From an uncultured Desulfobulbaceae bacterium (GTDB lineage Bacteria > Desulfobacterota > Dissulfuribacteria > Dissulfuribacterales > DYLC01), in assembly GCA_964427245.1 (NCBI GenBank), contig CAYRSX010000011.1, positions 18,227-82,226 of the forward strand: 64,000 bases of DNA, given 5' to 3'. Shown piece by piece: positions 13,724 through 23,956 of the stretch (position 1 is the first letter of the stretch; every line of letters begins with the position of its first letter). Made by a program: the position numbers and the translations under genes. The notes under the pieces are model-generated. The model was not told the origin of the DNA. It searched no databases and saw nothing but the letters and a program-made list of their open reading frames with translations.

Positions 13724-15389
13724 AACAGACTTTCTCATCGTAGGAAGCGGTATATCTGGTCTGAGTCTGGCCATTAAACTGAGTGAACTGGGCCATGTCA
13801 CGATTCTGACCAAAAAAAAGGTCAACGACACCGCCACAAATCTGGCTCAAGGCGGTGTATGTTGTGTCACAGGGGAAGACGATGACTTCGAGCTGCATGA
13901 ATACGACACCATCAAGGCGGGCGACGGACTCTGTCACGAAGACATAGTCAGACTCATCGTCAGACAAGCCCCTGAACGCATGGCGGAACTTGAGAACTAT
14001 GGTCTGCGATTCGATAGAGACAAACAAGACCGAATCAGCCTTGGCAAAGAAGGCGGGCATTCAAAAAGACGCATCTGGCACGTGGGCGACTATACGGGCA
14101 AGGCCATACAAGGAACCCTTACTCGTCGAGCTATGGAGTGCAGCAACATCACTCTGTTGGAAGACCATACGGCAGTGGACCTCCTGGTCATGAAAGCCGA
14201 TAGCTGTTTCGACAACCAATGTGAGCCCTTGCTCGATAAAACAGGCATTGTCACACAACATGAAATGCGGACAGCTGCATCTCCCCATGAAACTTGCAGG
14301 GTTGTGGGGTTATATGCACTAAACGGAATCACGGGCGAAATCGATACATTTCTGTCACGCTGCACCATTCTATCCACAGGCGGATGCGGAAAGGTCTATC
14401 TCTACACGACCAATCCGGATGTGGCCACCGGAGACGGTATTGCCATGGCGTACAGGGCCGGCGCCAGAGTAGCCAATCTGGAATTCGTTCAGTTTCATCC
14501 CACCTGTCTGTATCACCCTCAACGCAAGAACTTTCTCATATCCGAGGCGTTACGGGGTGAAGGAGCCAGACTCCTTACCTATGAAGGAGAGGCATTTATG
14601 CAGAAATATGCCCCACGAGAGATGGAACTGGCCAACAGGGACGTAATTGCAAGGGCCATCGATGCAGAACTCAAAAAAAGCGGCCGCGACTACGTATATC
14701 TGGACATCACTCACAAAAAACTGAATTTCATCAAAAAACGCTTTCCTCAGATATATACTGTCTGTCTGAAATTAGGCATAGACATAACACGCGAGCCCAT
14801 TCCTGTAGTGCCTGCCGCCCATTACATGTGCGGCGGTGTAGTTACGGATTCATACGGACAGACAGATCTACCAGGCCTGTTTGCCATAGGAGAGACGGCA
14901 TGCACCGGTTTTCATGGTGCCAACCGTCTTGCATCCAACTCACTTTTGGAAAATCTGGTCATGTCCCATCAGGCATTTATGCGCATTCAATCCTCATGGC
15001 AACACCTGAAAGCCTTGCCCTTTGCCTCACCGCCGGAATGGGAGACGGGCAAGGCCGTGGATATGCAGGAAGGGGTGCTGGTATCCCACAACTGGGAGAC
15101 CATTCGAAGGCTCATGTGGGACTATGTGGGGATAGTGCGCAGCACCAAACGACTGTCTCTGGCAGCTCAACGCATCGAACCCATTTTAAAAGAGATTCAT
15201 CAGCACTACTGGGATTACCTGCTGACCAGCGACTTCATAGAGCTTCGCAATCTGGCTCAAGTGGCCAGTCTGGTCATACGTGCCGCAAGTACCAGACTGG
15301 AAAGCCGAGGCGGCCATTACATGATAGACTTTCCTCAAAAAAATGACTGGAATTGGCGCAGAGACACCCTGCTTTCCCGATTCAAATAG
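13713..15389 (+). CDS. nadB: L-aspartate oxidase
   Basis: GSGISG, TNLAQGG, EGGHSKRRI, EFVQFHPT, LISEALRGEG, PAAHYMCGG, GANRLASNSL. Confidence 0.96.
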   Translation: MKFETDFLIVGSGISGLSLAIKLSELGHVTILTKKKVNDTATNLAQGGVCCVTGEDDDFELHEYDTIKAGDGLCHEDIVRLIVRQAPERMAELENYGLRFDRDKQDRISLGKEGGHSKRRIWHVGDYTGKAIQGTLTRRAMECSNITLLEDHTAVDLLVMKADSCFDNQCEPLLDKTGIVTQHEMRTAASPHETCRVVGLYALNGITGEIDTFLSRCTILSTGGCGKVYLYTTNPDVATGDGIAMAYRAGARVANLEFVQFHPTCLYHPQRKNFLISEALRGEGARLLTYEGEAFMQKYAPREMELANRDVIARAIDAELKKSGRDYVYLDITHKKLNFIKKRFPQIYTVCLKLGIDITREPIPVVPAAHYMCGGVVTDSYGQTDLPGLFAIGETACTGFHGANRLASNSLLENLVMSHQAFMRIQSSWQHLKALPFASPPEWETGKAVDMQEGVLVSHNWETIRRLMWDYVGIVRSTKRLSLAAQRIEPILKEIHQHYWDYLLTSDFIELRNLAQVASLVIRAASTRLESRGGHYMIDFPQKNDWNWRRDTLLSRFK

Positions 15390-15491
15390 TAGGGCAGGCG
15401 TATCACCTGTTAAAGAAATCAGTATGAAATGAACTCAAAACTCCCGCTCTTTTAAAGGGGAGAGTATGATGAAGGCAAAAGGGATTTGGAA

Positions 15492-16223
15492 ATGGAAGGC
15501 ATCACACCGCAACATATCAAAAAAAAACAATTGATACTATATATTCTGGTGAGTCTTCTATTAGCCGTAGCCGTCGTATCCTTCATCTTGCTTCCCGAAG
15601 GTGCATTTCGAATCGCATGGAATATGTTGATAAATATCTATGAAGAACGCGGCCAGGTGCGCAGTTTTTTTGCGGACTGGCCCATTCTCGCCCCGATCTT
15701 CTTTATGGCGCTTCAAATTACACAGGTGGTTATCTCATTTGTGCCCGGCGAGGCCACCGGCATTTTGGGTGGCTTTCTCTTTGGCCCTGGGCTAGGCCTA
15801 ATCTACTCCACCATTGGGCTGACCATCGGCAGCATGGCCGCATTTTTTGCAGGCAGGTATTTCAGGGCGTTGATCAAACCCTATATAGAACAGACAGGAC
15901 TTTACAACCGCCTCGAATACCTGGCGGAACATCAAGGGGTCTTCATCGCCTTCATCTTTTATCTGATTCCAGGCTTTCCAAAGGACATACTCTGTTACAT
16001 CATGGGATTCAGCCGTATTCCGTGGCAGGCATTTTTCGTTATCAGCACCATAGGCCGCATGCCTGGCACCTGGCTCCTGACTACACAGGGCGCAGATCTC
16101 TACGACAGCAACATACACCACGCCGCCGCCATCTTCGCAATTTCTCTGCTGCTCATGACGCCCGTCTGGTTTTACAGGGAAAAGATATATGCATGGATAG
16201 AAAAACACACTTTGAAAGACTGA
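15492..16223 (+). CDS. TVP38/TMEM64 (DedA-like, VTT domain) membrane protein
   Basis: QVVISFVPGE, GGFLFG, LIPGFPKDIL, GRMPG; start 15486 (TTG) or 15492 (ATG). Confidence 0.88.
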   Translation: MEGITPQHIKKKQLILYILVSLLLAVAVVSFILLPEGAFRIAWNMLINIYEERGQVRSFFADWPILAPIFFMALQITQVVISFVPGEATGILGGFLFGPGLGLIYSTIGLTIGSMAAFFAGRYFRALIKPYIEQTGLYNRLEYLAEHQGVFIAFIFYLIPGFPKDILCYIMGFSRIPWQAFFVISTIGRMPGTWLLTTQGADLYDSNIHHAAAIFAISLLLMTPVWFYREKIYAWIEKHTLKD

Positions 16224-16234
16224 TAACAACCGCC

Positions 16235-16687
16235 ATGAAGCGGCTCTCCATCGCCGTGGCATCCGGTCTGGGCGTAGGGTATTCACCATATGCGCCAGGC
16301 ACATGCGGAAGTGTAATGGGCATATTCATATTTTGGATCACAAGACAGATCCTGAATCAGAATAACTTGACATTCCAAGTGATTTGCGCCATTTTCCTTA
16401 TTATAACAGGCATTACAACAGCGAATGTCACAAGCAAAATACTCCATGTCAAGGACCCGTCTCTTGTGGTTATAGACGAAATAGCAGGCATGTTCATCAC
16501 ACTTGTAGGCCATGAACCATCTATTATACATCTGTTGTCAGGTTTTATGCTCTTTCGCATACTGGATATACTAAAGCCCTTTCCCATAAGGCAGTTGGAG
16601 AGGTTAAAAGGAGGGCTGGGAATCATGGCCGATGATATCATGGCCGGAATTCTTGCCAATATCTGTCTGTATGCCATTCGTTGGTGA
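16235..16687 (+). CDS. pgpA: Phosphatidylglycerophosphatase A
   Basis: GVGYSPYAPGTCGS, DPSLVVIDEIAG, FRILDILKPFPI, GIMADDIMAG; start moved to ATG 16235. Confidence 0.95.
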   Translation: MKRLSIAVASGLGVGYSPYAPGTCGSVMGIFIFWITRQILNQNNLTFQVICAIFLIITGITTANVTSKILHVKDPSLVVIDEIAGMFITLVGHEPSIIHLLSGFMLFRILDILKPFPIRQLERLKGGLGIMADDIMAGILANICLYAIRW

Positions 16688-16694
16688 AGACATC

Positions 16695-17993
16695 ATGTCT
16701 TACGAGATCATAGCCATAGGAGACGAACTGCTGCTGGGCTCAACCCTCAATACCACGAGCCACACCATAGCCCGTAAACTGTTCGAGGCAGGCTGGACAT
16801 GCCGGCGCATCACAACTGTAGGCGATAATATGGCGGATATTCAGGATGTCCTGCTTTCAGCCATAAAACGAACAGATTTTATTATTCTTACAGGCGGCCT
16901 TGGTCCAACTACCGACGACATCACATCAGAGGCAGCAGCTCAGGCAATGAACCTGCCTCTGACTATCAATGGAGATGTCCTCCATAAACTCGATGCCCAC
17001 AATGGATTCCCCTCAAAAATAAAGGAAAAACTGGCATCCATGCCCTTGGGCTCCATCCCTCTAAAGCCAGAAGGAGATACCTCTGGCTATTTCCTTATTC
17101 ATGGCGACATCCCTCTTTTCTTTCTTCCGGGCGTACCATGGCAGGCCATTACCCTTTTACAGGAGAAGGTCATTCCGTGGCTGAAAAACCACCTGCCAAC
17201 ACAAGTTGTCCATTACCGCGTCATGCGAACATTTGGCCTCACTGAAACAGAAATAAACCGCCTGGTTTCGGCCTCATCCATACCTGAAAATATAATCATT
17301 GGATACTATCCCATATTTCCAGAGGTTTTGATCTCCATGCTCTATAAAAGGCCACAAACTATGTGGGCTGATACTGCTTCAGACGAACATGAATTTGAAA
17401 ATGCCCTGAATTTCTGGCGAAAGACGACATCCATGCTTGGCAGACATGTAATCTGCGAAGGCGATGATACGCTTGAGGCCGTTGTGGGGAATCTGCTGCT
17501 GCAGAAAGGCGCCACTTTGGCCATAGCTGAATCCTGCACAGGCGGACTCATCGCAAGCCGCATCACATCCGTTGCAGGCAGCTCTCAATGGTTCGAGCAA
17601 GGCGTAATAACATACAGCAATCAGGCCAAGATGGACATATTGAGAGTGCGAAAAGACACGTTGGAACAGTTCGGCGCTGTCAGCGAACAAACCGCAGATC
17701 AGATGGCTGAAGGCCTACGCAGCCTTGCTGCAACCGATTATGCCATTGCAGTCACCGGCATAGCAGGCCCTACCGGCGGCAATTCAGAGAAGCCCATAGG
17801 CACAGTTTACATAGCCATTGCCGATTCAGAAAAGACATACTGCCAACGATTCCTGTTTGCAGAACCGGGAAACGGCCATAACATATTTAATCGAGCCAGT
17901 ATTCAACAACTGACGGCCGAAACAGCGCTGGACTGGCTGCGCATATATCTACAATATGGCACGCATATTTATAGCTCTCGATATACCAAATGA
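16695..17993 (+). CDS. cinA: CinA: MoCF-like domain fused to PncC NMN amidohydrolase
   Basis: EIIAIGDELLLG, TGGLGPTTDDIT, LPGVP, AESCTGG, YSNQAK, TGIAGP; start moved to ATG 16695. Confidence 0.95.
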   Translation: MSYEIIAIGDELLLGSTLNTTSHTIARKLFEAGWTCRRITTVGDNMADIQDVLLSAIKRTDFIILTGGLGPTTDDITSEAAAQAMNLPLTINGDVLHKLDAHNGFPSKIKEKLASMPLGSIPLKPEGDTSGYFLIHGDIPLFFLPGVPWQAITLLQEKVIPWLKNHLPTQVVHYRVMRTFGLTETEINRLVSASSIPENIIIGYYPIFPEVLISMLYKRPQTMWADTASDEHEFENALNFWRKTTSMLGRHVICEGDDTLEAVVGNLLLQKGATLAIAESCTGGLIASRITSVAGSSQWFEQGVITYSNQAKMDILRVRKDTLEQFGAVSEQTADQMAEGLRSLAATDYAIAVTGIAGPTGGNSEKPIGTVYIAIADSEKTYCQRFLFAEPGNGHNIFNRASIQQLTAETALDWLRIYLQYGTHIYSSRYTK

Positions 17994-18516
17994 AGTAAAG
18001 ACCATGCTGAGCCGTTTTATAAAAAAATGGCAGACAGCGCCGCATTCCACGGTTCGATGGGTCGATTCACTACAACTACACATAACTCTGGCCTTTCTTG
18101 GCGAAATTTCAGAGGAATTATTAGAAAGGGTCTGCAATGCCGTTCAAGGTATAGCATGCGCCACACAGCCGTTCACCATAGCCATTTTCGGCACAGGGGC
18201 TTTCCCAGGGCACAAAAACCCGCGTGTACTCTGGTGCGGATGCAGGGGCGATCTTCAGGCCGTCGAAACCCTGCAAAAAAACATACAGACAGCACTAAAA
18301 AGGCTTGGTCTGCCCTTTGAAGAACGCCCATTCACTCCCCATATAACATTAGGCCGCGTACGCTTTAAAACGCCTTCATCAATCATTACAGAATTCCTGA
18401 GTACTCCATGTAAATCCGAACCGTTCGGCGTTCAGGAAGTGACGATATATAAAAGTAGATTACTAACCCATGGACCAGAGTATGAAAAATACAGGCGGTA
18501 TCCGTTTACTGCATAA
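17956..18516 (+). CDS. thpR: RNA 2',3'-cyclic phosphodiesterase (2H family)
   Basis: RIFIAL, two HITL motifs, PRVLW; usual position after cinA. Confidence 0.93.
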   Translation: MARIFIALDIPNEVKTMLSRFIKKWQTAPHSTVRWVDSLQLHITLAFLGEISEELLERVCNAVQGIACATQPFTIAIFGTGAFPGHKNPRVLWCGCRGDLQAVETLQKNIQTALKRLGLPFEERPFTPHITLGRVRFKTPSSIITEFLSTPCKSEPFGVQEVTIYKSRLLTHGPEYEKYRRYPFTA

Positions 18517-18709
18517 GGGAAATTTAATGTTAGTTATGTTTGGAACCCTCAGTTATATATATTTAGGGCTTTCAACAAAAAAACACCTCAAAAAACTGTC
18601 GATATTTTCATTAAGATATGTTAATTGTAAAAAACATCATAAAGACGGCCTGAAACGCCTGCATACTTCTTGAAGAATCTGATAATTGCGTTTGGAGTGA
18701 AAGATATCC

Positions 18710-19222
18710 ATGGCTGATAAAGACGACACACCGCGATACACACATCTGAAGGTCCTTGTCCTGCTCATAGCAGGCCACGAAAGCGCTATAGAGTTGTCAC
18801 AAGTCAAAGAGATATTGCCTGCCGTTAACATCGAATATCTGCCCAATGCGATCACTCCAATCACAGGCATTCTAAATGTCAGAGGAGACATTTTGCCTAT
18901 CGTTGATCTCAAATACTTTCTTTCCGAGTATTACCGGGCGCTGGACGCCAATTCATCAAATCCGAGAATCGTTCTGGTGGAATCCGACCATGGCCCTCAT
19001 GGCCTGATGGTCGCTTCTGTATTGAGAGTGAAAGACGGTCTGTGGGAAACACACGCTCCGTCCCACAGCCTGAAATCTATACAGCAGGGAAACATACTGT
19101 TCACTAAAGCCATAACAAATACAAAAGGCTACAGCTTACCTGTCCTCGACATACAAAGCATCATAGCTTATATATCAAGCCAGCAAGCGCTAAAAGGAAA
19201 ACAAAACTCTATACAAACATAA
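18710..19222 (+). CDS. cheW: CheW-like chemotaxis coupling protein
   Basis: VKEILP, LPNAITPITGILNVRGDILPIVDL, RIVLVE, GLMVASV. Confidence 0.8.
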   Translation: MADKDDTPRYTHLKVLVLLIAGHESAIELSQVKEILPAVNIEYLPNAITPITGILNVRGDILPIVDLKYFLSEYYRALDANSSNPRIVLVESDHGPHGLMVASVLRVKDGLWETHAPSHSLKSIQQGNILFTKAITNTKGYSLPVLDIQSIIAYISSQQALKGKQNSIQT

Positions 19223-19256
19223 CTAGTATAATATATTTTCCTGGGAGGGTATAATA

Positions 19257-21635
19257 ATGTTCAATCTCTTCAATGTAAGTCTGAAAATTAAACTCTTTGG
19301 CATAGCGGCTGTAACCGGACTCCTTATCCTTATAGCTAACGGCCTTTACACCTGGTACAGCACGCTACCGCTGAAAGAAACGGAAATAAAAAACCGCACA
19401 AATGTCACTGCGAAATTATTACAGGAAGATATCAACAAGTGGTTTGAAATAGCTAAAACCAACATAGTGGCCATAGCAGGTAACGGCACCCTTTCAAAGG
19501 CGCTCATAGAGAACAATCGTGAGCTGGCGCTGAACCGCCTTTACAGCATGTTTGAAGACTACGACAAAATCGACATGAAAAACCTCAAGGTTCAGATTCA
19601 CACCGCTGATATTCGCTCTTTTCTGCGTTCATGGGCTCCGGACAAACACGGAGATGACTTAAAGGCCTTTCGTAAATCCATCGTGCAGGTAAAAGCAACT
19701 CAAAAACCCTATTCTTTTTTTGAAGTGGGCAGAGGCGGACTGGCCCTGCGCAGCATAGCCCCCATCATTCGAGACAACGACTATATAGGCTCCATTGAGA
19801 TACTTATGGGGCTAAATATCATAGCCAATGACATGAAGACAGAAAAAATCCTCTATGCAGCCCTACTCAAGGAAGATATAGCCAAACTGGGCACCATAAT
19901 CGGTGAACAGACCAAGGTAGGTGGTGGCTATGTCATAGCCAATGACAAGTGGTTCGATGATACAACAAAAAACATGGCAAAGGCCATCAATTACAATGAA
20001 CTTGTTCAAAAAGGCTATGTGCTCACCGACAAATATCTCATCAGCTCTCTTCCAATGGTGGACTATGAGGGCAAGGTCGTTGGTCTGCATCTGTTTGCAG
20101 AAGATGCAGCCTCTCTAAATGAAAGCATCAACAACCTCATTATAGACCGATTCAAATTCACAGGTGCCTTGGCGGTGTATATATTCATCATGGGTACAGC
20201 CATAGCGCTCTTCGTCAACCTGGCCATAATTCGGCCAATCACAGAAACCGCAACGACAATTCAGGTCATCACCAAGTATATGGATATCACCAAACATGTA
20301 AAAGTAACATATCGTGATGAAATCGGCATCATGGCGGAATCCTTCAACAACTTCATTGATGCCCTTCAAACCACCTTCAAAAACATGAAGACAACGGTAA
20401 TAAATGTCACACAGGCCAGCCATACTGTGCATGAACGGGCGCAACTCATTTCAAAGACAGCACAGACGCAGGCTGAAAGGGCTAAGGATGTGCTGCAACG
20501 TGTAATGCTCATGGGACAGACAGCGGCCGAGGTAGCAGAGCACGCCGAGTCCTCTGCACAGCTCTCCAAAGAGACCGCCGCTATCATAGAAGATATAGCC
20601 AAGGCCGCACAAAAAATCGCAGAGACATCTGCTCAAGGTAAGGATGTTTCCAATACCGCTGTTCAGACGGTCATCGCCATGGGTGAGACCGCCAAAGAGG
20701 TTCAGGCAAGGGCTTTGATTCAGTCCGAGGCCGCCAACAAGACGGCGCAGTCTCTGAACGACATGTCCAAGCAACTACAAAAGATGGCTGAAGATGCGCA
20801 AAATTCCGCCAAAGAGGCACAGAAAACGCTGTTGTCATCCACAGAAGCAAAAGAGGCCATGGATAAAACCGTGCAAAGCATGGAGGCCATCGCAGACAGC
20901 TCAGAACAGGTCAAGGATATCGTGACCTTGATCTCCGACATTGCCGAACAGACCAACCTGCTGGCCCTGAATGCAGCCATCGAGGCCGCTCGAGCAGGCG
21001 AGCATGGCCGCGGCTTTGCAGTCGTTGCAGAGGAAATTCGTAAACTGGCTGAAAGAACTGCTGAATCCACAAAAGAGATAGCCGAACTCATAAAGCAGAG
21101 CACAGCGATCATCACAGAAGGTAGGGCGTTGACACAAAAGACAGCGGCGGTCTTTGAACACATCATTCAAAATATCGAAAATACATCACAGCTCGTCATA
21201 GACATCTCCTCCACAACGATTCAACAGGCAGCCGGCACAACAGACCTGCTGAAAGAAACAGACCGCCTCAAAGAGGCGTCCAGCAATATCGTGGAAATGA
21301 CGCAAAAACAGGCGGTGCGCAGAAAACTGGCCGAGGATTCCATACAACAGGTCATAGCGGTCAGCAATGACATTCTGGATTCGGCTCACAACACCAGCAC
21401 CACATCCCGAACGGCAGTAGAAGGCGTGGGACGAGTCGTGTTGAACTCCATGGAGATCACCAACAGAACCAGCAAACAGAAAGAACGAAGCGCTATTTTG
21501 CAGAAGGTTATGGCCGATATCGCAGAAAGCGCCAAACAGAACGCCGAGAATGCACAAACCACTCTTACTCTCATGGATGAGCTGCTTGAAAAGGCTAAGA
21601 CAGTTCAGGAAGAGATATCAAGGTTCAAGGTATAA
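19257..21635 (+). CDS. Methyl-accepting chemotaxis protein (2 TM, Cache-like sensor, HAMP, very long signalling domain)
   Basis: DEIG HAMP motif; [43 protein letters not shown]. Confidence 0.95.
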   Translation: MFNLFNVSLKIKLFGIAAVTGLLILIANGLYTWYSTLPLKETEIKNRTNVTAKLLQEDINKWFEIAKTNIVAIAGNGTLSKALIENNRELALNRLYSMFEDYDKIDMKNLKVQIHTADIRSFLRSWAPDKHGDDLKAFRKSIVQVKATQKPYSFFEVGRGGLALRSIAPIIRDNDYIGSIEILMGLNIIANDMKTEKILYAALLKEDIAKLGTIIGEQTKVGGGYVIANDKWFDDTTKNMAKAINYNELVQKGYVLTDKYLISSLPMVDYEGKVVGLHLFAEDAASLNESINNLIIDRFKFTGALAVYIFIMGTAIALFVNLAIIRPITETATTIQVITKYMDITKHVKVTYRDEIGIMAESFNNFIDALQTTFKNMKTTVINVTQASHTVHERAQLISKTAQTQAERAKDVLQRVMLMGQTAAEVAEHAESSAQLSKETAAIIEDIAKAAQKIAETSAQGKDVSNTAVQTVIAMGETAKEVQARALIQSEAANKTAQSLNDMSKQLQKMAEDAQNSAKEAQKTLLSSTEAKEAMDKTVQSMEAIADSSEQVKDIVTLISDIAEQTNLLALNAAIEAARAGEHGRGFAVVAEEIRKLAERTAESTKEIAELIKQSTAIITEGRALTQKTAAVFEHIIQNIENTSQLVIDISSTTIQQAAGTTDLLKETDRLKEASSNIVEMTQKQAVRRKLAEDSIQQVIAVSNDILDSAHNTSTTSRTAVEGVGRVVLNSMEITNRTSKQKERSAILQKVMADIAESAKQNAENAQTTLTLMDELLEKAKTVQEEISRFKV

Positions 21636-21709
21636 ATATATTAGAGGCGATTCATGAACGCCTCTAATAACCCATTGTATAAACATTGAATCGAGGAAAC
21701 CCGAATATC

Positions 21710-21767
21710 GTAGGGGCACCGCATACCGTGCCCCTATCAAAGGACAAACCATAGCGCATCCACTACG
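21710..21767. repeat. GTAG-type REP palindrome plus inverted GTAG half-site between convergent genes
   Basis: gtaggggcaccgcataccgtgcccctat, then ...gcgcatccactac. Confidence 0.7.
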
Positions 21768-22257
21768 ACGCATGCCTCGGTGGTTGGCATCGTTTCTTGC
21801 CGGTTTCAAATTCATCGTCATCAAATTCTATCAACCTCTCTTCTTGCCCCCTCCATGCAATATGAATAGTAATCACATTACTTCTCTCAAGTGATCGTAC
21901 AAAATCAGGGCAGTATTCCGGCCACTCCACCGCCAACACCCACTCTCCATTTAGATATTCATATAATCCGATCTCCTCAAGACCATCTTCGGAAATATTC
22001 GGACCTAGACGGTAAAGGTCTGCATGGGCCAGTGGAATACGACCTTCTTCGTACTCGTGAATGAGGCCGAAACTCGGACTGGTCACTCTGCGTTCCTGAA
22101 TACCAAGACCTGCTGCAACACCCTTGACAAAAGCGGTCTTTCCTGCCCCCAGATCACCTGATAGAAGCAATACATCGCCAGGCATCAGGGTTTTGGAGAG
22201 CTCCATAGCGATTCTGCAAGTCTCTGAAGGGCTTTGAGAGATGAATGTCCGCTTCAT
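21763..22257 (-). CDS. tsaE: tRNA t6A biosynthesis ATPase
   Basis: GDLGAGKTAFVKG, VTSPSF, HADLYRL, VEWPE. Confidence 0.95.
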   Translation of the reverse strand: MKRTFISQSPSETCRIAMELSKTLMPGDVLLLSGDLGAGKTAFVKGVAAGLGIQERRVTSPSFGLIHEYEEGRIPLAHADLYRLGPNISEDGLEEIGLYEYLNGEWVLAVEWPEYCPDFVRSLERSNVITIHIAWRGQEERLIEFDDDEFETGKKRCQPPRHAS

Positions 22258-23006
22258 TTGATCAGCCGTCTCTTAAGAAGCCTTAAGGCGATAAGTGCGA
22301 GAAAAAACGCATATGAGGTCAGAACCAAAAGATGCAGCCACCATTCATCTGTTCTGCCATAGGTCAATCCCCTGTAAAGCTGCACTGCATGGGACAGGGG
22401 CAGCACCAAAAACACCGCCTTGAGCACTGAATGCAGGGAATCCATTGGGAAAAGAATGCCTGAAAAAAGAAATAATGGGTTGATAAACAACGTCATGAAA
22501 TAATTGAAAAATTCATAACTTTGGGCTATGGCGGTCATGATGATGCCGCAGAAGGCAAATATGATACCCTCCAGAAACAACAAAAACGGAATGAAAAAGG
22601 TCAATAAAGACGGTTTAATACCAAACAGAGGAAACAGGGCGATCATGATGAGACCCGAAATAAGCCCCTTGGTGGCACCCCATAGTATCTCACCTAAAGC
22701 CAGGTCATATATTGAAACCGGTGTCATGAGAATGGCCTCATAGGTCTTCTGTGTCGCCAGCCGCGTGTAAGAACCATATGTGGTCTCCAATGCAGCGCTG
22801 AACATCACCGCAGATGCCGCCAAACCAGGTGCAATGAACTCCAAATAACTCATGCCTGCCACCACCGGCATGGTCTTTCCAAGCCCGTAGCCCATGGCGA
22901 TCAGAAAAAGAAATGGCTCACCCAAATTCCCCATGATGCTGGCCTTGAAGTGCTTACGCCAAACCATGGCATTTCTCTTCCACACAGTTAAGGCCAGCAT
23001 GTTCAA
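22254..23006 (-). CDS. ABC-2 type exporter permease (NodJ-like)
   Basis: EPFLFLIAMGYGLG, YLEFIAPGL, FLFSGILFP, LPLSHAV. Confidence 0.9.
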   Translation of the reverse strand: MNMLALTVWKRNAMVWRKHFKASIMGNLGEPFLFLIAMGYGLGKTMPVVAGMSYLEFIAPGLAASAVMFSAALETTYGSYTRLATQKTYEAILMTPVSIYDLALGEILWGATKGLISGLIMIALFPLFGIKPSLLTFFIPFLLFLEGIIFAFCGIIMTAIAQSYEFFNYFMTLFINPLFLFSGILFPMDSLHSVLKAVFLVLPLSHAVQLYRGLTYGRTDEWWLHLLVLTSYAFFLALIALRLLKRRLIK

Positions 23007-23956
23007 TTCTCCCTCAACTCGTTACCTGTCAGTCTCAGAAACAGGTCTTCCAGTCCAGCCGGTCTGCGAGTGACATAGGACTGCTCCAATACCAGGGCAT
23101 CCAGTTCAGGGCAGGTCTCTCTCACAAAGATACGCAGGACATCCTGACCTGTCTCGAAATCCGCCTTACAGGAGGCAAGAATGGGTTCGAGCCGAGTCAA
23201 TTGTTCACGACTACCTCGAATCTCATAGACCTCCCTGCCCACATAACGCCACACAAGGTCATCAGGAATACCATAGGCCACCGCCTTGCCACCATCCATG
23301 ATCAACACCTGTGTGGCCAGTCTGGACACCTCTTCCATATAATGGCTGGTCAAAAGCATAGTGATGCCATTCCTGCGCAGCATCTCCAGACAGTCCCATA
23401 TCAACCTTCTGGCCTGGGGATCAAGCCCTATGGTCGGTTCATCCAGTATCAGGATGTCGGGATTGTTGATAAGCCCGCGGGCTATGAGCAGCCTGCGCCT
23501 CTGGCCGCCTGAAAATGCGGAAATGATCTCATTTCGCCGATTTTTAAGGGCGAAAAAATCCAAGAGTTCCTCAGCCCTGGCCACGGCCGTCTTGTAGTCT
23601 ATTCCAAAATAAGAGGCATAGACCGTCAGATTCTCCATGGCTGTCAGGTCAGGGTCCAGGTTGTCCGTCTGCGGAGTGACGCCTATCCATTTCTTCAACT
23701 CCGCAAGGTGCTGTGCTGCATTCACTCCAAAAAAATAGATATTGCCGCTCAAAGGCATCACCAGCCCCAGAAGCATATGAATAGTAGTGGTTTTACCTGC
23801 TCCATTAGGCCCGAGCAGACCAAGGCACTCGCCTTTTCTTACAGCAAAATCAAGGTCTGACACCGCCACCCGCTCTCCGAAGGCCTTACGCAGACCACGA
23901 ATCTCCAGTAGAACCGCCGCATCATTTAATTTATCGGCTTCCGGTTTCATGGCCAT
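23003..23956 (-). CDS. ABC exporter ATP-binding subunit (NodI-like)
   Basis: GPNGAGKTT, FSGGQRRR, LILDEPTIGLDPQAR, LTSHYMEE. Confidence 0.93.
   Translation of the reverse strand: MAMKPEADKLNDAAVLLEIRGLRKAFGERVAVSDLDFAVRKGECLGLLGPNGAGKTTTIHMLLGLVMPLSGNIYFFGVNAAQHLAELKKWIGVTPQTDNLDPDLTAMENLTVYASYFGIDYKTAVARAEELLDFFALKNRRNEIISAFSGGQRRRLLIARGLINNPDILILDEPTIGLDPQARRLIWDCLEMLRRNGITMLLTSHYMEEVSRLATQVLIMDGGKAVAYGIPDDLVWRYVGREVYEIRGSREQLTRLEPILASCKADFETGQDVLRIFVRETCPELDALVLEQSYVTRRPAGLEDLFLRLTGNELREN

Noticed and set aside
15519-15530. Poly-A tract in the TVP38 gene (and A8 near 53453 in the transposase) as phase-variation sites
   Set aside because: Frames are intact and Lys-codon runs are common throughout this window.
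18570-18610. Sigma28 promoter for cheW-MCP (GTCGATAT)
   Set aside because: No TAAA-type -35 at the required spacing.
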